In this document: positions 21,866 to 31,902 of the stretch, piece by piece
How the letters are laid out: each line of letters begins with the position of its first letter
Numbering within the stretch: the stretch's first letter is position 1
NCBI GenBank assembly: GCA_964447405.1
Contig: CAYUSP010000009.1
Location: 5,815-69,814, forward strand
Source of the DNA: an uncultured Nitrospiraceae bacterium
Lineage (GTDB): Bacteria > Nitrospirota > UBA9217
Length of the DNA stretch: 64,000 nucleotides
Reading direction: 5' to 3'
Position numbers and translations under genes: made by a program
The notes under the pieces: model-generated
What the model was told of the DNA's origin: nothing
Seen by the model: the letters and a program-made list of their open reading frames with translations, nothing else
Databases searched by the model: none

Positions 21866-22552
21866 TTAGAGGGGGTTTTTCTGCAGCACAATCGAGTCAG
21901 TGCCCTTCTGAAGGAGGTCAAGCATGCGTGCAATGGACTCTTCGTGAAGCTCATGAATGAGCTCTCTGTCAACTCCGCGGCGCCGTTTTTTGTTCAGGAA
22001 CGAAAGGAACACCATGCTTTTGTAAATCCGCTTGTTGGTCTTAAAGGAGAAGATGAAGCTGTCAAGGGCGTTTTCCAGCAAAAGATCGCTCCGTTTGCGC
22101 ACCTGCCTGCTGATCATGACCGTCTGCAGCCAGTAGGTCTTGTTGATGATGCTGTCCGCCTTGAGCTCGACCCAGGTATGCCCCATATTCCCCAGGTCGT
22201 CCGTGAGCGTTTCATGGGCCACCGTATCCGCTGCAAGATGGGCAAGATACCCATAGGCGAAAGCCCTCTCCGGCCAGGTCCCCGCCTGTTCGAGGAGCTT
22301 TAAACCCACATCCCAGGAGTGGGAACTCTTGTCATCCGGCATATATTTCTTGCCCAGAATCATGTCGGCCATGATATTGCCGTAAAGAAAGTCTTGTTTG
22401 TGTTTTTTCAACAGCGCGAAAATTCCGGCGGGCAGGAGCGTTGCACAGGATAAGAGTTCATTGCCAAGGTACATGTGGGTCATGGGACCCCATGCAAATA
22501 CGCATGATGGAAGCAGAATGAAACCTAATGACAGAAGGGTAATCATGGTCAA
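21866..22552 (-). CDS. zinc-dependent phospholipase C-like family protein
   Basis: Signal/TM segment followed by WGPMTHMYLG and AHLAADTVAH metal-ligand-like motifs. Confidence 0.65.
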   Translation of the reverse strand: MTMITLLSLGFILLPSCVFAWGPMTHMYLGNELLSCATLLPAGIFALLKKHKQDFLYGNIMADMILGKKYMPDDKSSHSWDVGLKLLEQAGTWPERAFAYGYLAHLAADTVAHETLTDDLGNMGHTWVELKADSIINKTYWLQTVMISRQVRKRSDLLLENALDSFIFSFKTNKRIYKSMVFLSFLNKKRRRGVDRELIHELHEESIARMLDLLQKGTDSIVLQKNPL

Positions 22553-22722
22553 ATCAAATTAATTGATGTATAGCGCACGAAATATTAGATATCAAAACAC
22601 TATTTTCATAATAACTCTTCCCCTTTTCCGCGTCAATATAAATATGCCAAACCAGCAAGTCCTTTCCGCTGCGTGGCATCAAAAAGCTGGATATACTTTC
22701 GTACACAGATCGGACACGATGT

Positions 22723-22950
22723 TCACTTGCACCCGGCGCAGGAGGAAGAAGTGCATCCTCCGCAGCCAGAGCCGCTGTCTGAAGAGGATAATGCCGATCC
22801 GCTCGATGACCGGCCCATGCCAAACCGTGACATACGTTTCTCGGTCTTTTCCGAGCCGCATTTTTCGCAGGTTACGATAGGAGCGGTTCCGAAAACCAGC
22901 TTTTCGAAATCAGCGTCACACACAGTGCAATGATATTCATAGATCGGCAT
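22723..22950 (-). CDS. FmdB-family zinc-ribbon regulatory protein
   Basis: MPIYEYHCTVCDADFE...CEKCGSEK plus a Cys/Gly/Ser-rich tail. ATG 22950 is preferred. Confidence 0.85.
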   Translation of the reverse strand: MPIYEYHCTVCDADFEKLVFGTAPIVTCEKCGSEKTEKRMSRFGMGRSSSGSALSSSDSGSGCGGCTSSSCAGCK

Positions 22951-23004
22951 GGCAAGCCTTTTTAACCATGGATACACACTGTTAACGATACATCAAAAGA
23001 GCTG

Positions 23005-23040
23005 AGGTTCCGCTGTTAACCGTGTTCATCCGTGGTTACA
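23005..23040. repeat. single unit of the GTGTTCATC repeat family
   Basis: CTGTTAACCGTGTTCATCCGTGGTTA lies in the spacer between tal and the FmdB-like gene. Confidence 0.6.
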
Positions 23041-23046
23041 CCGCGT

Positions 23047-23694
23047 TTATTTTTTTTCCAGTTTCTTCCAGTCCGCAAGAAATTTCTCGATGCCGATGTC
23101 CGTAAGCGGGTGCTTGACGAGCTGGTCAATGACGCTGAAGGGTATCGTGGCAATGTGTGCGCCGGCCAGTGCCGCGTCCACCACGTGCAGCGGGTTCCGC
23201 ACGCTCGCCACGATCACTTCGGTGCCAAAACCGTAATTATCGTAGATCGCAATGATCTGCCGCACCAGATCCATGCCATAGTGGCTGATGTCGTCAAGCC
23301 TGCCGACAAAAGGGCTGACATAGGCCGCGCCCACTTTGGCCGCAAGCAGCGCCTGGGAAGGAGAAAAAACCAGTGTCATATTCACCTTGATCCCCTTTCC
23401 GGCAAGCACCTTGGTCGCCTTGAGGCCGTCTTTGGTCATGGGAAGTTTCACGACAATATTCTGGTGGATCTTCGCGAGCTCAATGCCCTCGGCAGTCATC
23501 TCCTCGGCTTTCAGGCTAATTGCCTCGGCGCTGATCGGACCATCAATAATGGCACAAATCTCAGCGATCACCTGTTTGAAATCCCTGCCTTCCTTTGCGA
23601 TAAGCGACGGATTGGTCGTTACTCCGTCGACGATTCCAAAACTCGCTGCTTCGGCAATCTCTTTCACATTCGCGGTATCAATAAAAAATTTCAT
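23047..23694 (-). CDS. tal: transaldolase/fructose-6-phosphate aldolase (short type 3B)
   Basis: [13 protein letters not shown]..., the [13 protein letters not shown] motif and a length of 215 aa. Confidence 0.9.
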   Translation of the reverse strand: MKFFIDTANVKEIAEAASFGIVDGVTTNPSLIAKEGRDFKQVIAEICAIIDGPISAEAISLKAEEMTAEGIELAKIHQNIVVKLPMTKDGLKATKVLAGKGIKVNMTLVFSPSQALLAAKVGAAYVSPFVGRLDDISHYGMDLVRQIIAIYDNYGFGTEVIVASVRNPLHVVDAALAGAHIATIPFSVIDQLVKHPLTDIGIEKFLADWKKLEKK

Positions 23695-23716
23695 GGTCGT
23701 CCTTTCCTGTGTATGG

Positions 23717-24976
23717 TTATGTGAGTCTTTTGCGGGTCTTCAATGCATCCGCAAGTATCTGTACTGTATGCACGACCGCTGCGGGGGATCCTTTTCTACG
23801 AAGCACGGATGCTATCTGCATGCAACAGCCAGGGCAGCCGGTCACCACAATGGAGGCCTCGGTTTTCAATATGTCCGCGGCCTTCCGGTCCGCAATACCG
23901 TCCGAGAGACCGCGATGGGTCATGCGCATGACCCCACCGAATCCGCAGCATTGGTCGGGACGGTCCATCTCGGCGATTTCCATACCAGGGACGGATTGCA
24001 GCAGTTCACGCACCCTGTGGGACAAACCCTGCCCCCGCCCCAGATGGCAGGGATCATGGATCGTCATGCGCTTGCGAACCGCATTGAACATCGCCGGTTC
24101 GATCTGTCCGGCAAGGAACTCATGGATATCGAGCACAACCGGAGGCTGTACGCCGGGCCCAAGCAGTTCTGGATATTCCTTCTTGAACGTCAATCCGCAG
24201 GATGCGCATGCCGTAATGAGCGCAACAGCGTCATAGCTGGCAAACAGTGCGGCGTTTCGCGCAGCCAGGTCTGCTGCGGCGGTGCGTTCGCCGAGCGACA
24301 GGAGCGGCCTGCCGCAGCACCACCAGCGCTCCGGGATAATCACCTCATACCCAAGCGTGGACAAGACAGCTGTTGCCGCCCGGCCTATGTCGGGTTGGAA
24401 GTGTTCGATTGCGCATCCCGGAAAAAAAACGACCCTCCCCCGGTTGTTTCCAATCCAGCGTCCTTTACCGGATTCACGCCGGCCCGCGCGGTGTGCTTTT
24501 GGATCCCGAGTGTAGTGCAGAAGGGCGGGAGCCAGCCATGCAGAAGCTTTGAACAGGAACGGGTTCTTGAGCACCGCGGCGATAACGACGGGTATCATTC
24601 CGCGGCCGGCGGCCCCGCCCATGCATTCCCTGGCAGCCTGGATGATCCGGGTGACCTTCACGCCGCTCGGGCATGCGGCCTCGCAGGCGAGACAACCCGT
24701 ACACGTGGCAAGGCTGTCCTGAAGAACCCGTGAGGGGAGAAGCCTGTTGTCCATCAGCGCCTGGACCAGCGCCATCCTGCCTCGCGCCGAATAGGTTTCC
24801 TCGCGTGCGAGCAGATAGGACGGGCACACGGAACTGCAGGTGCCGCATTTTACACACCGCGATATGTCCGCGCGGAACTGCTCCAAAGACGGATACGCTG
24901 CCGCTCGTTCGATCTCACCGCTCTGCGCTGATCGTACTGGTTGTACATCTCCCGCATGGGGCATCCGATGGCTCAC
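23717..24976 (-). CDS. (Fe-S)-binding protein of the GlcF/HdrD-like family, with 2x[4Fe-4S] and two CCG domains
   Basis: [12 protein letters not shown] and [12 protein letters not shown] ferredoxin motifs, followed by two Cys-rich CCG-type repeats. The track start is a GTG overlapping the upstream stop; an alternative ATG lies at 24964. Confidence 0.8.
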   Translation of the reverse strand: MSHRMPHAGDVQPVRSAQSGEIERAAAYPSLEQFRADISRCVKCGTCSSVCPSYLLAREETYSARGRMALVQALMDNRLLPSRVLQDSLATCTGCLACEAACPSGVKVTRIIQAARECMGGAAGRGMIPVVIAAVLKNPFLFKASAWLAPALLHYTRDPKAHRAGRRESGKGRWIGNNRGRVVFFPGCAIEHFQPDIGRAATAVLSTLGYEVIIPERWWCCGRPLLSLGERTAAADLAARNAALFASYDAVALITACASCGLTFKKEYPELLGPGVQPPVVLDIHEFLAGQIEPAMFNAVRKRMTIHDPCHLGRGQGLSHRVRELLQSVPGMEIAEMDRPDQCCGFGGVMRMTHRGLSDGIADRKAADILKTEASIVVTGCPGCCMQIASVLRRKGSPAAVVHTVQILADALKTRKRLT

Positions 24977-25608
24977 GGCAGGATCGTCACCGGCGTCCCG
25001 AGCGCCACTACCGCATAAATTTCATCAACATCGGCATTATCCAGGGCGATGCAGCCATCGGTCCAGTTGGCGCCCGGCTCATCGAGAGGCGGCACTGCGC
25101 TCCTGCTTCGGATTCTGCCGTGGATGCCTACTGCCCCTCCCAGGCGCGTTTCCCAGGGCGGCGGTTGACGGTCAGCGATCGCCTTTTTGATTTTCTGGTA
25201 TTCAGTTGATGAGATAAGGTTGGATTGGAGGCCGGACTCGGCATGCTTGATGCCGGGATAGCTCAAACCCAGGAATTTGTAAAATCTTTTGCTTTGGTTC
25301 ATCGTGCAAATATAGAAATCGCCTTCCGGCGTGCGCTTGTCGCCCATCATCCGTTTGTCGCCGTCCTGGTGGCTCTTGCCGAATACCGCCCGGTATGTTT
25401 TTAAGGGGGTCTCGCCCTTGAACAGGGTAAGGGCATACTGCGATTTTGTGATGACGATCCTGAGGTCGCCGGCTATGGAGGAAAGCTGCGCCGGGACGAC
25501 GGCAGCTCTGCGCGAGGATGTGTCAGGCACCGGAGAGATGCAGCTGAGGGCCAGAAGTATGGCCAGCAGCCTGACCGCAAATAAGATATTTTCCCGATAT
25601 TCCGCCAT
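24973..25608 (-). CDS. L,D-transpeptidase (YkuD) family protein
   Basis: Catalytic motif GIHGRI...TDGCIAL. ATG 25608 precedes a signal-anchor segment. Confidence 0.8.
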   Translation of the reverse strand: MAEYRENILFAVRLLAILLALSCISPVPDTSSRRAAVVPAQLSSIAGDLRIVITKSQYALTLFKGETPLKTYRAVFGKSHQDGDKRMMGDKRTPEGDFYICTMNQSKRFYKFLGLSYPGIKHAESGLQSNLISSTEYQKIKKAIADRQPPPWETRLGGAVGIHGRIRSRSAVPPLDEPGANWTDGCIALDNADVDEIYAVVALGTPVTILP

Positions 25609-25621
25609 GAGCAATCCTTCT

Positions 25622-25885
25622 TCAGGCGCGGTTCTTGTCCGTATATTTCCCGGCACAGTCGTCGCTGCAGAAGTAGAATCTTTTCCCCCCAACCATGCGC
25701 GTCAGTGCCCGCTCCTTCACCACATAGGTGCGGCATTCGGGATCCTGCACCATTTCCTCACCCAGAACACGCCTGTCACCTTTTCGCGCATCAGTGCGAT
25801 ATGCCCCTACGGCTGATCGAATCAGCGTCCTGACAACATGGTACAGCAGGACCAGGCCAAGAAAAACAATGAGGCCGCGAATCAT
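25622..25885 (-). CDS. small membrane protein with a C-terminal TRASH/YHS-like Cys motif
   Basis: N-terminal TM helix IVFLGLVLLYHVV and C...FCSDDC near the C-terminus. The start is in an ATGA overlap with the upstream TPR gene. Confidence 0.6.
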   Translation of the reverse strand: MIRGLIVFLGLVLLYHVVRTLIRSAVGAYRTDARKGDRRVLGEEMVQDPECRTYVVKERALTRMVGGKRFYFCSDDCAGKYTDKNRA

Positions 25886-26457
25886 TGGCCCGTCCGGCCT
25901 GTGGAGCGTTTGAACGTCTCCATGGCGGCTCTCATGTCGCGGGCATGGGAATACGTCGGTGAGATGCGCAGAAGCTCCTCCCAAATTCGGATGGCGGTCC
26001 GAACGTCCTTTTTGTCATAGGCATAGACTACTCCCATGTTGTAGCGGGCGTTCAGATGACTGTCATCGTGTTCAAGTGCGTGGCGGTACTCGGTCAATGC
26101 CCGGTCCGCCTTCCCCATGTTGCGATAACAGGTGCCCATGTCCGTCCGCACATCGGCGTTCCGCGGGTCGAGTAAAAGCGCATGTTCATACATGATGGCC
26201 GCCTGCGGCCAATTGGCGCTGTCGAAGTAGGCATTGCCCAGCGCTACGAGTGCGGCAAGGTTGTTCGGATCACCTGCCAGGATCGTTCGATACTCTTCGA
26301 TCAGTCCGTGGAAATAGGGGTGCTGGACCGCATCCGCCTGTGCTTTATGCTCAGTGACGGTGGGGATGCCTGTTGTTGTGGTGGTCTCCGTCTTTCTGCA
26401 TCCTGACAGGAAGAGAAGAATGGACAGTACCATTAGGATAGTGTTTTTCATGATCAC
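25882..26457 (-). CDS. TPR-repeat lipoprotein
   Basis: Lipobox LLFLSGC and several TPR-like repeats. Confidence 0.75.
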   Translation of the reverse strand: MIMKNTILMVLSILLFLSGCRKTETTTTTGIPTVTEHKAQADAVQHPYFHGLIEEYRTILAGDPNNLAALVALGNAYFDSANWPQAAIMYEHALLLDPRNADVRTDMGTCYRNMGKADRALTEYRHALEHDDSHLNARYNMGVVYAYDKKDVRTAIRIWEELLRISPTYSHARDMRAAMETFKRSTGRTGQ

Positions 26458-26463
26458 GCGGAA

Positions 26464-28023
26464 TTAATGCCGGAAATGCCGCATCCCCGTCATCACCATG
26501 GCGATGTTGTGTTCATCAGCGGCCCTGATCACTTCGTCGTCCTTTACTGAACCTCCCGGCTGAATCACTGCCGTAACACCGGTCCGGGCAGCTTCGTCGA
26601 GCCCGTCGCGGAACGGGAAAAAAGCGTCTGATGCAAGCACGGATCCCGTAAGCGGCGACCGGGCCTTCATTACAGCGATGCGCACAGAATCGAGGCGGCT
26701 CATCTGGCCCGCGCCGATGCCGATGGTCCGGTCCTTCCCGGTGAAGACGATGGCATTCGACTTCACATGCTTGCATACCTTCCAAGCGAAGCCAAGCGCA
26801 TCATATTCCTCATCCGTGGGCTTGCGTTTCGTTGCCACATTGAGCGACCTGAAATCCGGTATCCTTCCCAGGTCTCTGTCCTGATAGATGAGTCCGCCAG
26901 TCAGTTTTTTCAGGTCCATTCCCCGTGCATTGCCGAAAATGCTCGGTCCAACATCGAGCAAGCGCATGTCCTTTTTCTTTTTCAGCTCCTCAAGAGCATC
27001 CGGCGCGAACTCCGGGGCCACCACAACCTCGACAAAGGTGCTGGCCAGTTCCCGTGCGGTATCCAGGTCGACCAGGTGGCTAAAGGCGATGACGCCGCCA
27101 AAGGCAGACACGGGATCGCAATCACGCGCCTTGCGGTATGCATCCACAAGAGTATCGGCTGTTGCCACGCCGCAGGGATTGTTATGCTTCACAATGACGG
27201 CGGTGATACCACCGCATTCCTTTGCCAATTCCAGCGCGCTGTTCGCGTCCAGAAAGTTGTTAAAGGACATTTCCTTGCCCTGGAGTTGACGGGCATGGCC
27301 CACACCGGGCTCCGTGGTGCCGAACTCACGGTAGAAAGCACCCTGCTGGTGAGGATTTTCTCCGTACCGCAGGTTCTGCACTTTCTCAAACTGGAGGGTG
27401 AGGATATTGGGGAAACGGGTTTTCTCGTCGTCGGGGACCTGATTGCTCAGCCAGGCAAAGATGGCGCTGTCGTAACGCGCTGTTTGCAGAAACACCGTGC
27501 GGCAAAGCTCAAAACGTGTCTTGATCGATACCTCGCCGGTCTTCTTGATCTCGCTGAGCACTCTCGTGTAATCACGGGGCGAGCAGACAACGGCGACATC
27601 GGTATAGTTCTTGGCAGCCGACCGCAGCATGGCCGGACCACCAATGTCGATATTCTCGATGGCGTCATCGAGGGTGCAGTCTTTTTTTGCCACCGTCTGC
27701 TCAAAGGGGTAGAGGTTCACGACAACGAGGTCAATGGGTTCGATTCCGTGCTGCTGCATCTGCTTTACGTGGTCGGTATTTCCCCGCCGTCCGAGAATGC
27801 CGCCATGCACTTTCGGATGCAGGGTCTTGACCCTGCCGTCGAGCATTTCAGGAAAACCCGTGAATTGCGATACATCTTTCACGGGTACGCCGGCGTCGCG
27901 AAGCATTTTTGCAGTCCCGCCCGTTGACAGGATCTCGATCTTGAGCTTCGACAGCTCCCGGGCAAAATCGAGGACGCCTTCCTTGTTCGATACACTGATA
28001 AGTGCGCGCTTCACGTTAGCCAC
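26464..28023 (-). CDS. purH: bifunctional AICAR transformylase / IMP cyclohydrolase
   Basis: Full-length PurH similarity (MGS-like N-domain [12 protein letters not shown]-terminal AICARFT). GTG start with GGAGGA RBS. Confidence 0.95.
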   Translation of the reverse strand: MANVKRALISVSNKEGVLDFARELSKLKIEILSTGGTAKMLRDAGVPVKDVSQFTGFPEMLDGRVKTLHPKVHGGILGRRGNTDHVKQMQQHGIEPIDLVVVNLYPFEQTVAKKDCTLDDAIENIDIGGPAMLRSAAKNYTDVAVVCSPRDYTRVLSEIKKTGEVSIKTRFELCRTVFLQTARYDSAIFAWLSNQVPDDEKTRFPNILTLQFEKVQNLRYGENPHQQGAFYREFGTTEPGVGHARQLQGKEMSFNNFLDANSALELAKECGGITAVIVKHNNPCGVATADTLVDAYRKARDCDPVSAFGGVIAFSHLVDLDTARELASTFVEVVVAPEFAPDALEELKKKKDMRLLDVGPSIFGNARGMDLKKLTGGLIYQDRDLGRIPDFRSLNVATKRKPTDEEYDALGFAWKVCKHVKSNAIVFTGKDRTIGIGAGQMSRLDSVRIAVMKARSPLTGSVLASDAFFPFRDGLDEAARTGVTAVIQPGGSVKDDEVIRAADEHNIAMVMTGMRHFRH

Positions 28024-28070
28024 GGGATAATCCTCCGAAAAAACGCTGAAAACTGCGAGGAACGAGTGAA

Positions 28071-28099
28071 ATTGTAACCGAACGAGGGAATGATGTCAA
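28071..28099 (-). promoter_or_regulatory. candidate sigma-70 promoter of purH
   Basis: The minus strand reads TTGACA, 17 nt, then TACAAT, about 45 nt upstream of the start codon. Confidence 0.55.
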
Positions 28100-28182
28100 A
28101 TCAATACGGCCTCAGCATCAATGATCCCGCATATGCCACAGCTCCGGCATCATCGCATTTCCGGCCATACGGCACGGCTTCG

Positions 28183-29064
28183 CTAGACACCTCCAAGAAC
28201 AGTCAATGCCCGGGGGACCACGTCGATCTCAACAGAAGTACCCGCATACGGATAGATGTCTCCGTCCACATGGATCGGCATTGGCGTTGAACTTTCCACC
28301 GTCAATTTGCGTGTACTCATGAGTCTGGCCGACCTGACCCGGCCAATGGTGCCCTGAAACACCTTGGGGAGATGCCAGAGCAGTTTTCCCACACTCATCG
28401 GCCCTACTATAGTTACCGCAAGCAACTGATCGTCGACCTTCGCATGGGGCGTCAGCTTGAATCCGCCGCCACAGGTGGTCCCATTGCCGATCGTCAAAAA
28501 AAATATTTTCTGATGGATCACCTCACCATTGATCCTGAGAGTTGCGGCAACAGGCAGGTATTTGCCCAGTGTTTTCGCCAAGGCGAATAGATACAAATGC
28601 AGGCCGCTGCTGGACTGCTTCATGGTATGACTGGCGCGGTTCACCGCGGCATCGAACCCGATCCCCACGCCATTGACAAAATAAGTACTGTTGATCCTGC
28701 CCACATCGATTGTGCGAGTTGCGCCGCGAAGCACGACATCCACTGCGCCGGAAATGGTATTGGGGATGTTCAGGGACTTGATAAAATCATTTCCGGTGCC
28801 CGCGGGAATGATCCCCAAAGGTTTTGACGAGAACAGCATGCCGGGAATAATGCTGTTCACCGAACCGTCTCCACCCATGATAACGATCACATCAAACTCG
28901 GAACAGGCCTTTCGCGCAACTTCCTGCGCCGCATCCGGACCGCTGGTCTGTTCCAGGTCAAACAGGACGCCCCGTGCCCGTAAAATTCCGGCCACCGTAG
29001 GGACCATGTCCTTCGATCTACCGCGTCCAGCAGCAGGATTGACAATGATTTTGTATTTTTTCAT
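28183..29064 (-). CDS. diacylglycerol-kinase-family lipid kinase (YegS/BmrU-like)
   Basis: KIIVNPAAGRGRS and GGDGSVN motifs. Confidence 0.85.
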   Translation of the reverse strand: MKKYKIIVNPAAGRGRSKDMVPTVAGILRARGVLFDLEQTSGPDAAQEVARKACSEFDVIVIMGGDGSVNSIIPGMLFSSKPLGIIPAGTGNDFIKSLNIPNTISGAVDVVLRGATRTIDVGRINSTYFVNGVGIGFDAAVNRASHTMKQSSSGLHLYLFALAKTLGKYLPVAATLRINGEVIHQKIFFLTIGNGTTCGGGFKLTPHAKVDDQLLAVTIVGPMSVGKLLWHLPKVFQGTIGRVRSARLMSTRKLTVESSTPMPIHVDGDIYPYAGTSVEIDVVPRALTVLGGV

Positions 29065-29175
29065 GAGACTCGGGAAAGGCAGGTGAAATGCTATGGAACA
29101 GCAAAGAATATCCGGTTAAAAATCCGATGGTCCCTCATGCGCGCGGATGCCGGTAAGCATCCTGGCCGAAACAGG

Positions 29176-30333
29176 TCATTCTCGCCGAGACCTTCCCGCT
29201 CTCCGGTCTTTCGCAGTTCTCCGTTCAGGCCCCTGGTACCCGGCATCGCTGAATTTCCTGCGGTCCCGCGAGGCTCTACGATCGCTGCGGGCCCTGCGGT
29301 CTTTCTGAACGAGTTCAAAGAGCTCGTCAAGCATTTCCCGTCTTTTTTCCTCGATCATTTGCCGGTGCGACGCCTCAGCGTGCACTTGCGATGATCTGAG
29401 TTCGAAGCGATAGGCTGAAACGAGCCTGGACAGCGAAGCGCCTATCTGTTCAAAAGGCTCCGGCCGGTCGATGGAAACACCGCCTTTGCCGGGTCCGCCG
29501 CTTGAAAGCAGGAACGAAATCTCCACAGCTGCTTTGCTGACATGGTCGTGAATGGATTCATACAGTGTGGTGAGCGTGTTCACATCTTCCCTGATCACGG
29601 TCAGCAGCACCTCGCTGATCACATCCACCTGTTCCCTGGCCTTCTGCAGGTCCTCCTTGGTTACCTGCTTGTGGTGCAGGGCATCCCGGAGTTGTTCCTT
29701 GAAAAATGACTTAATATCCTCGATTTGTTTATTTTCTAATTTCCCGCGAGCGTTGCGGTCCGACAGGACAGCGATCGAGACTTCGCACCGTTTTTCGATC
29801 CTGACCAGATTATCTTTGATGTACTGCGCGATATGGCGCAGTTCAGAGGTAATTTCCGCTCCGCGCACCTGGAGCTTCGCGATCACTTTTTTTCGTTCGG
29901 ACACCATCTCCTGCAAACGAGCCATCCTGACAACGTCGTCGACCCTTTTCATGTTGAGCCGACCCATCTCCTCCTCGGCTGATCTTACGAACGAGGTGGG
30001 TTTTTTAAAATCCAGTTCGAGAAATACATGTAGATGAAACTTGTACTGTTCGACAGCCGACAGGAGCCCCGGATTCACGAATCCCGAGTGGCCGAGAACC
30101 CTGTAAAACATGAGCTCCCGCATGTCCTGCCGGCCACTGCCCTGAAGCGTACGATGCTCAAAATCGGTCAGATCCTTGATCAGCTGCCGGAAAGCGGCCA
30201 AGTCGCCGGCTGACCGCTGCTTGCCATCCGCGGCATTTGCGCCATCAAGCAGCGCGTTCAATTCCTCGGGCATCGGCTGAATTTTTTCATTCGACCCGAA
30301 ACGGAGTCCAAATATGGCTTTATCGATAGACAT
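29176..30333 (-). CDS. hypothetical coiled-coil protein with an Arg-rich (D/E)RR-repeat C-terminus
   Basis: Long ORF with a coding-like helical composition. The tail reads RRARSDRRASRDRRKFSDAGYQGPERRTAKDRRAGRSRRE. No family recognised. Confidence 0.55.
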   Translation of the reverse strand: MSIDKAIFGLRFGSNEKIQPMPEELNALLDGANAADGKQRSAGDLAAFRQLIKDLTDFEHRTLQGSGRQDMRELMFYRVLGHSGFVNPGLLSAVEQYKFHLHVFLELDFKKPTSFVRSAEEEMGRLNMKRVDDVVRMARLQEMVSERKKVIAKLQVRGAEITSELRHIAQYIKDNLVRIEKRCEVSIAVLSDRNARGKLENKQIEDIKSFFKEQLRDALHHKQVTKEDLQKAREQVDVISEVLLTVIREDVNTLTTLYESIHDHVSKAAVEISFLLSSGGPGKGGVSIDRPEPFEQIGASLSRLVSAYRFELRSSQVHAEASHRQMIEEKRREMLDELFELVQKDRRARSDRRASRDRRKFSDAGYQGPERRTAKDRRAGRSRRE

Positions 30334-30428
30334 GGGTTTCCCGGCAAATACTGCTACTACGCTCAAATCATACAAAAACAATGCCGCGAGGTCAAGAGTG
30401 AAAGAATGACACCCGTGAAACCGGGCAC

Positions 30429-31799
30429 TTATCCGACGACATTGTATTCCCGTACGCGGAATAGTGCGCCGAGTTCCCCGGCAATACTTCGGCAGGTTTC
30501 CAGATCAACACCGGGTGCGGAGACCACGGTTGCAGTCACCTCAGGGATGTATTTACCCGCCTCCCGGATAAACGTTTTGACTGCCTCATAGGTTGGCCGG
30601 CCAAAGACAGGCTGCGTCAATTGTTCATAGAGCTCCGCACTCTGCGCGTTGAGGCTCACGCTCACCGCGTCCACGATGCCCGCGAGCTCCGGCAGCACGT
30701 TTCTTTTGTGGATCAGGTTTGCGTGGCCATTGGTATCGATGCGCACCCTGCCGCCGCGGCGCTTCACCTCTGCGGCAACTGCCTTGACTACGTCAAGCCT
30801 CAGAAGCGGTTCTCCGTAGCCGCAGAACACGATCTCGGTATAGCGCATGGGATCGCCGATCTCCCTTATCAGCTCTTCCGAAGACGGTTCTTCGCCCAGC
30901 CGGAGGTTGTGCCCCTTCACAAAATCGGTATGGTAGCGCACGCAGAACGTGCAGGCTGCGGTGCAGCGGTTCGTTATGTTGAGATAGAGCGAATTGCGGA
31001 TCTGGTAGGCTATCTGCCCGCCCTCCGGAATTTTCCCGATCCCGAACAGCTGCATGGCATTAAAACTCGTTATCCGGCCCACATCGTCGGTCGTAAGCCC
31101 CTTGATGCGCGCGATCTCTTCCGCGGTATGACGCACGAACGCAGGTTCGTTCCTTCTCCCCCGCATTGGCTGCGGAGCAAGGTAGGGAGCATCGGTCTCG
31201 ATGAGCATATGTTCGATCGGTATCCGGCGAACGACCTCGCGCAGCGACTCCGCCTTGGGAAACGTGACAGGGCCTGCAATGGAGATAAGAAAACCCATTT
31301 CAATGAATTTACCGGCCAAGGCCGCGTCTCCGGAAAAACAGTGCATGATGCCGCCCAGGCCTGGCGACCATTCCTCGGAGAGGATCTGCAGCGTGTCCTC
31401 GTGGGCGTCGCGGTCATGGACGATGATCGGCAGCTCAAGCTCGCGTGCCTCTCGCAGCATGTCCCTGAACTTCCTTTTCTGGTCAGACCGGGGCGAATGT
31501 TCGTAGTGATAATCGAGCCCTATCTCGCCGTAGGCAACTACTTTTTCATGCTTCGCGAAATGCCTGAGGATCTCGTACGTGGGGTGGAGGATGTCCTTGA
31601 CCTCATGCGGATGGATGCCGATAGCTGCATAGATGAAGTCGTAGCGCTCCGCGAGCATGACCGCATCGCGGCTGGATTCGATGGTCGTACCGACCGTGAT
31701 GATATATTCAACGCCGGCGTCGCGTGCCCGCTGGATCACTTCGTCCCGGTCATCGTTGAACTCGCGCATCTCGAGATGCGCATGGGTGTCGATCAGCAT
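30429..31799 (-). CDS. TatD/YcfH-family hydrolase fused to a C-terminal radical SAM domain
   Basis: N-terminal MLIDTHAHL...HCFSG...ETDAPY (TatD). C-terminal LNITNRCTAACTFC (CX3CX2C) radical-SAM core. ATG 31799 is preferred over the track start 31979, which overlaps metG. Confidence 0.85.
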   Translation of the reverse strand: MLIDTHAHLEMREFNDDRDEVIQRARDAGVEYIITVGTTIESSRDAVMLAERYDFIYAAIGIHPHEVKDILHPTYEILRHFAKHEKVVAYGEIGLDYHYEHSPRSDQKRKFRDMLREARELELPIIVHDRDAHEDTLQILSEEWSPGLGGIMHCFSGDAALAGKFIEMGFLISIAGPVTFPKAESLREVVRRIPIEHMLIETDAPYLAPQPMRGRRNEPAFVRHTAEEIARIKGLTTDDVGRITSFNAMQLFGIGKIPEGGQIAYQIRNSLYLNITNRCTAACTFCVRYHTDFVKGHNLRLGEEPSSEELIREIGDPMRYTEIVFCGYGEPLLRLDVVKAVAAEVKRRGGRVRIDTNGHANLIHKRNVLPELAGIVDAVSVSLNAQSAELYEQLTQPVFGRPTYEAVKTFIREAGKYIPEVTATVVSAPGVDLETCRSIAGELGALFRVREYNVVG

Positions 31800-31902
31800 A
31801 ATGAAACCGTCAGGGGTGAGTCGGCAGGCGCAAGGCGTAATTCCGTCCGGACCACCGTTGGCTCCACTTCCCCTTACGTCTCCCGCCTTCCGCCTTACGG
31901 CT

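Noticed and set aside
28024-28182. ZTP (pfl) riboswitch upstream of purH.
   Set aside because: purH is a classic ZTP-regulated gene. However, the leader contains only a sigma-70-like promoter and an RBS, with no GGGUCGUGAC...CCGCCUGGGCA-like elements.
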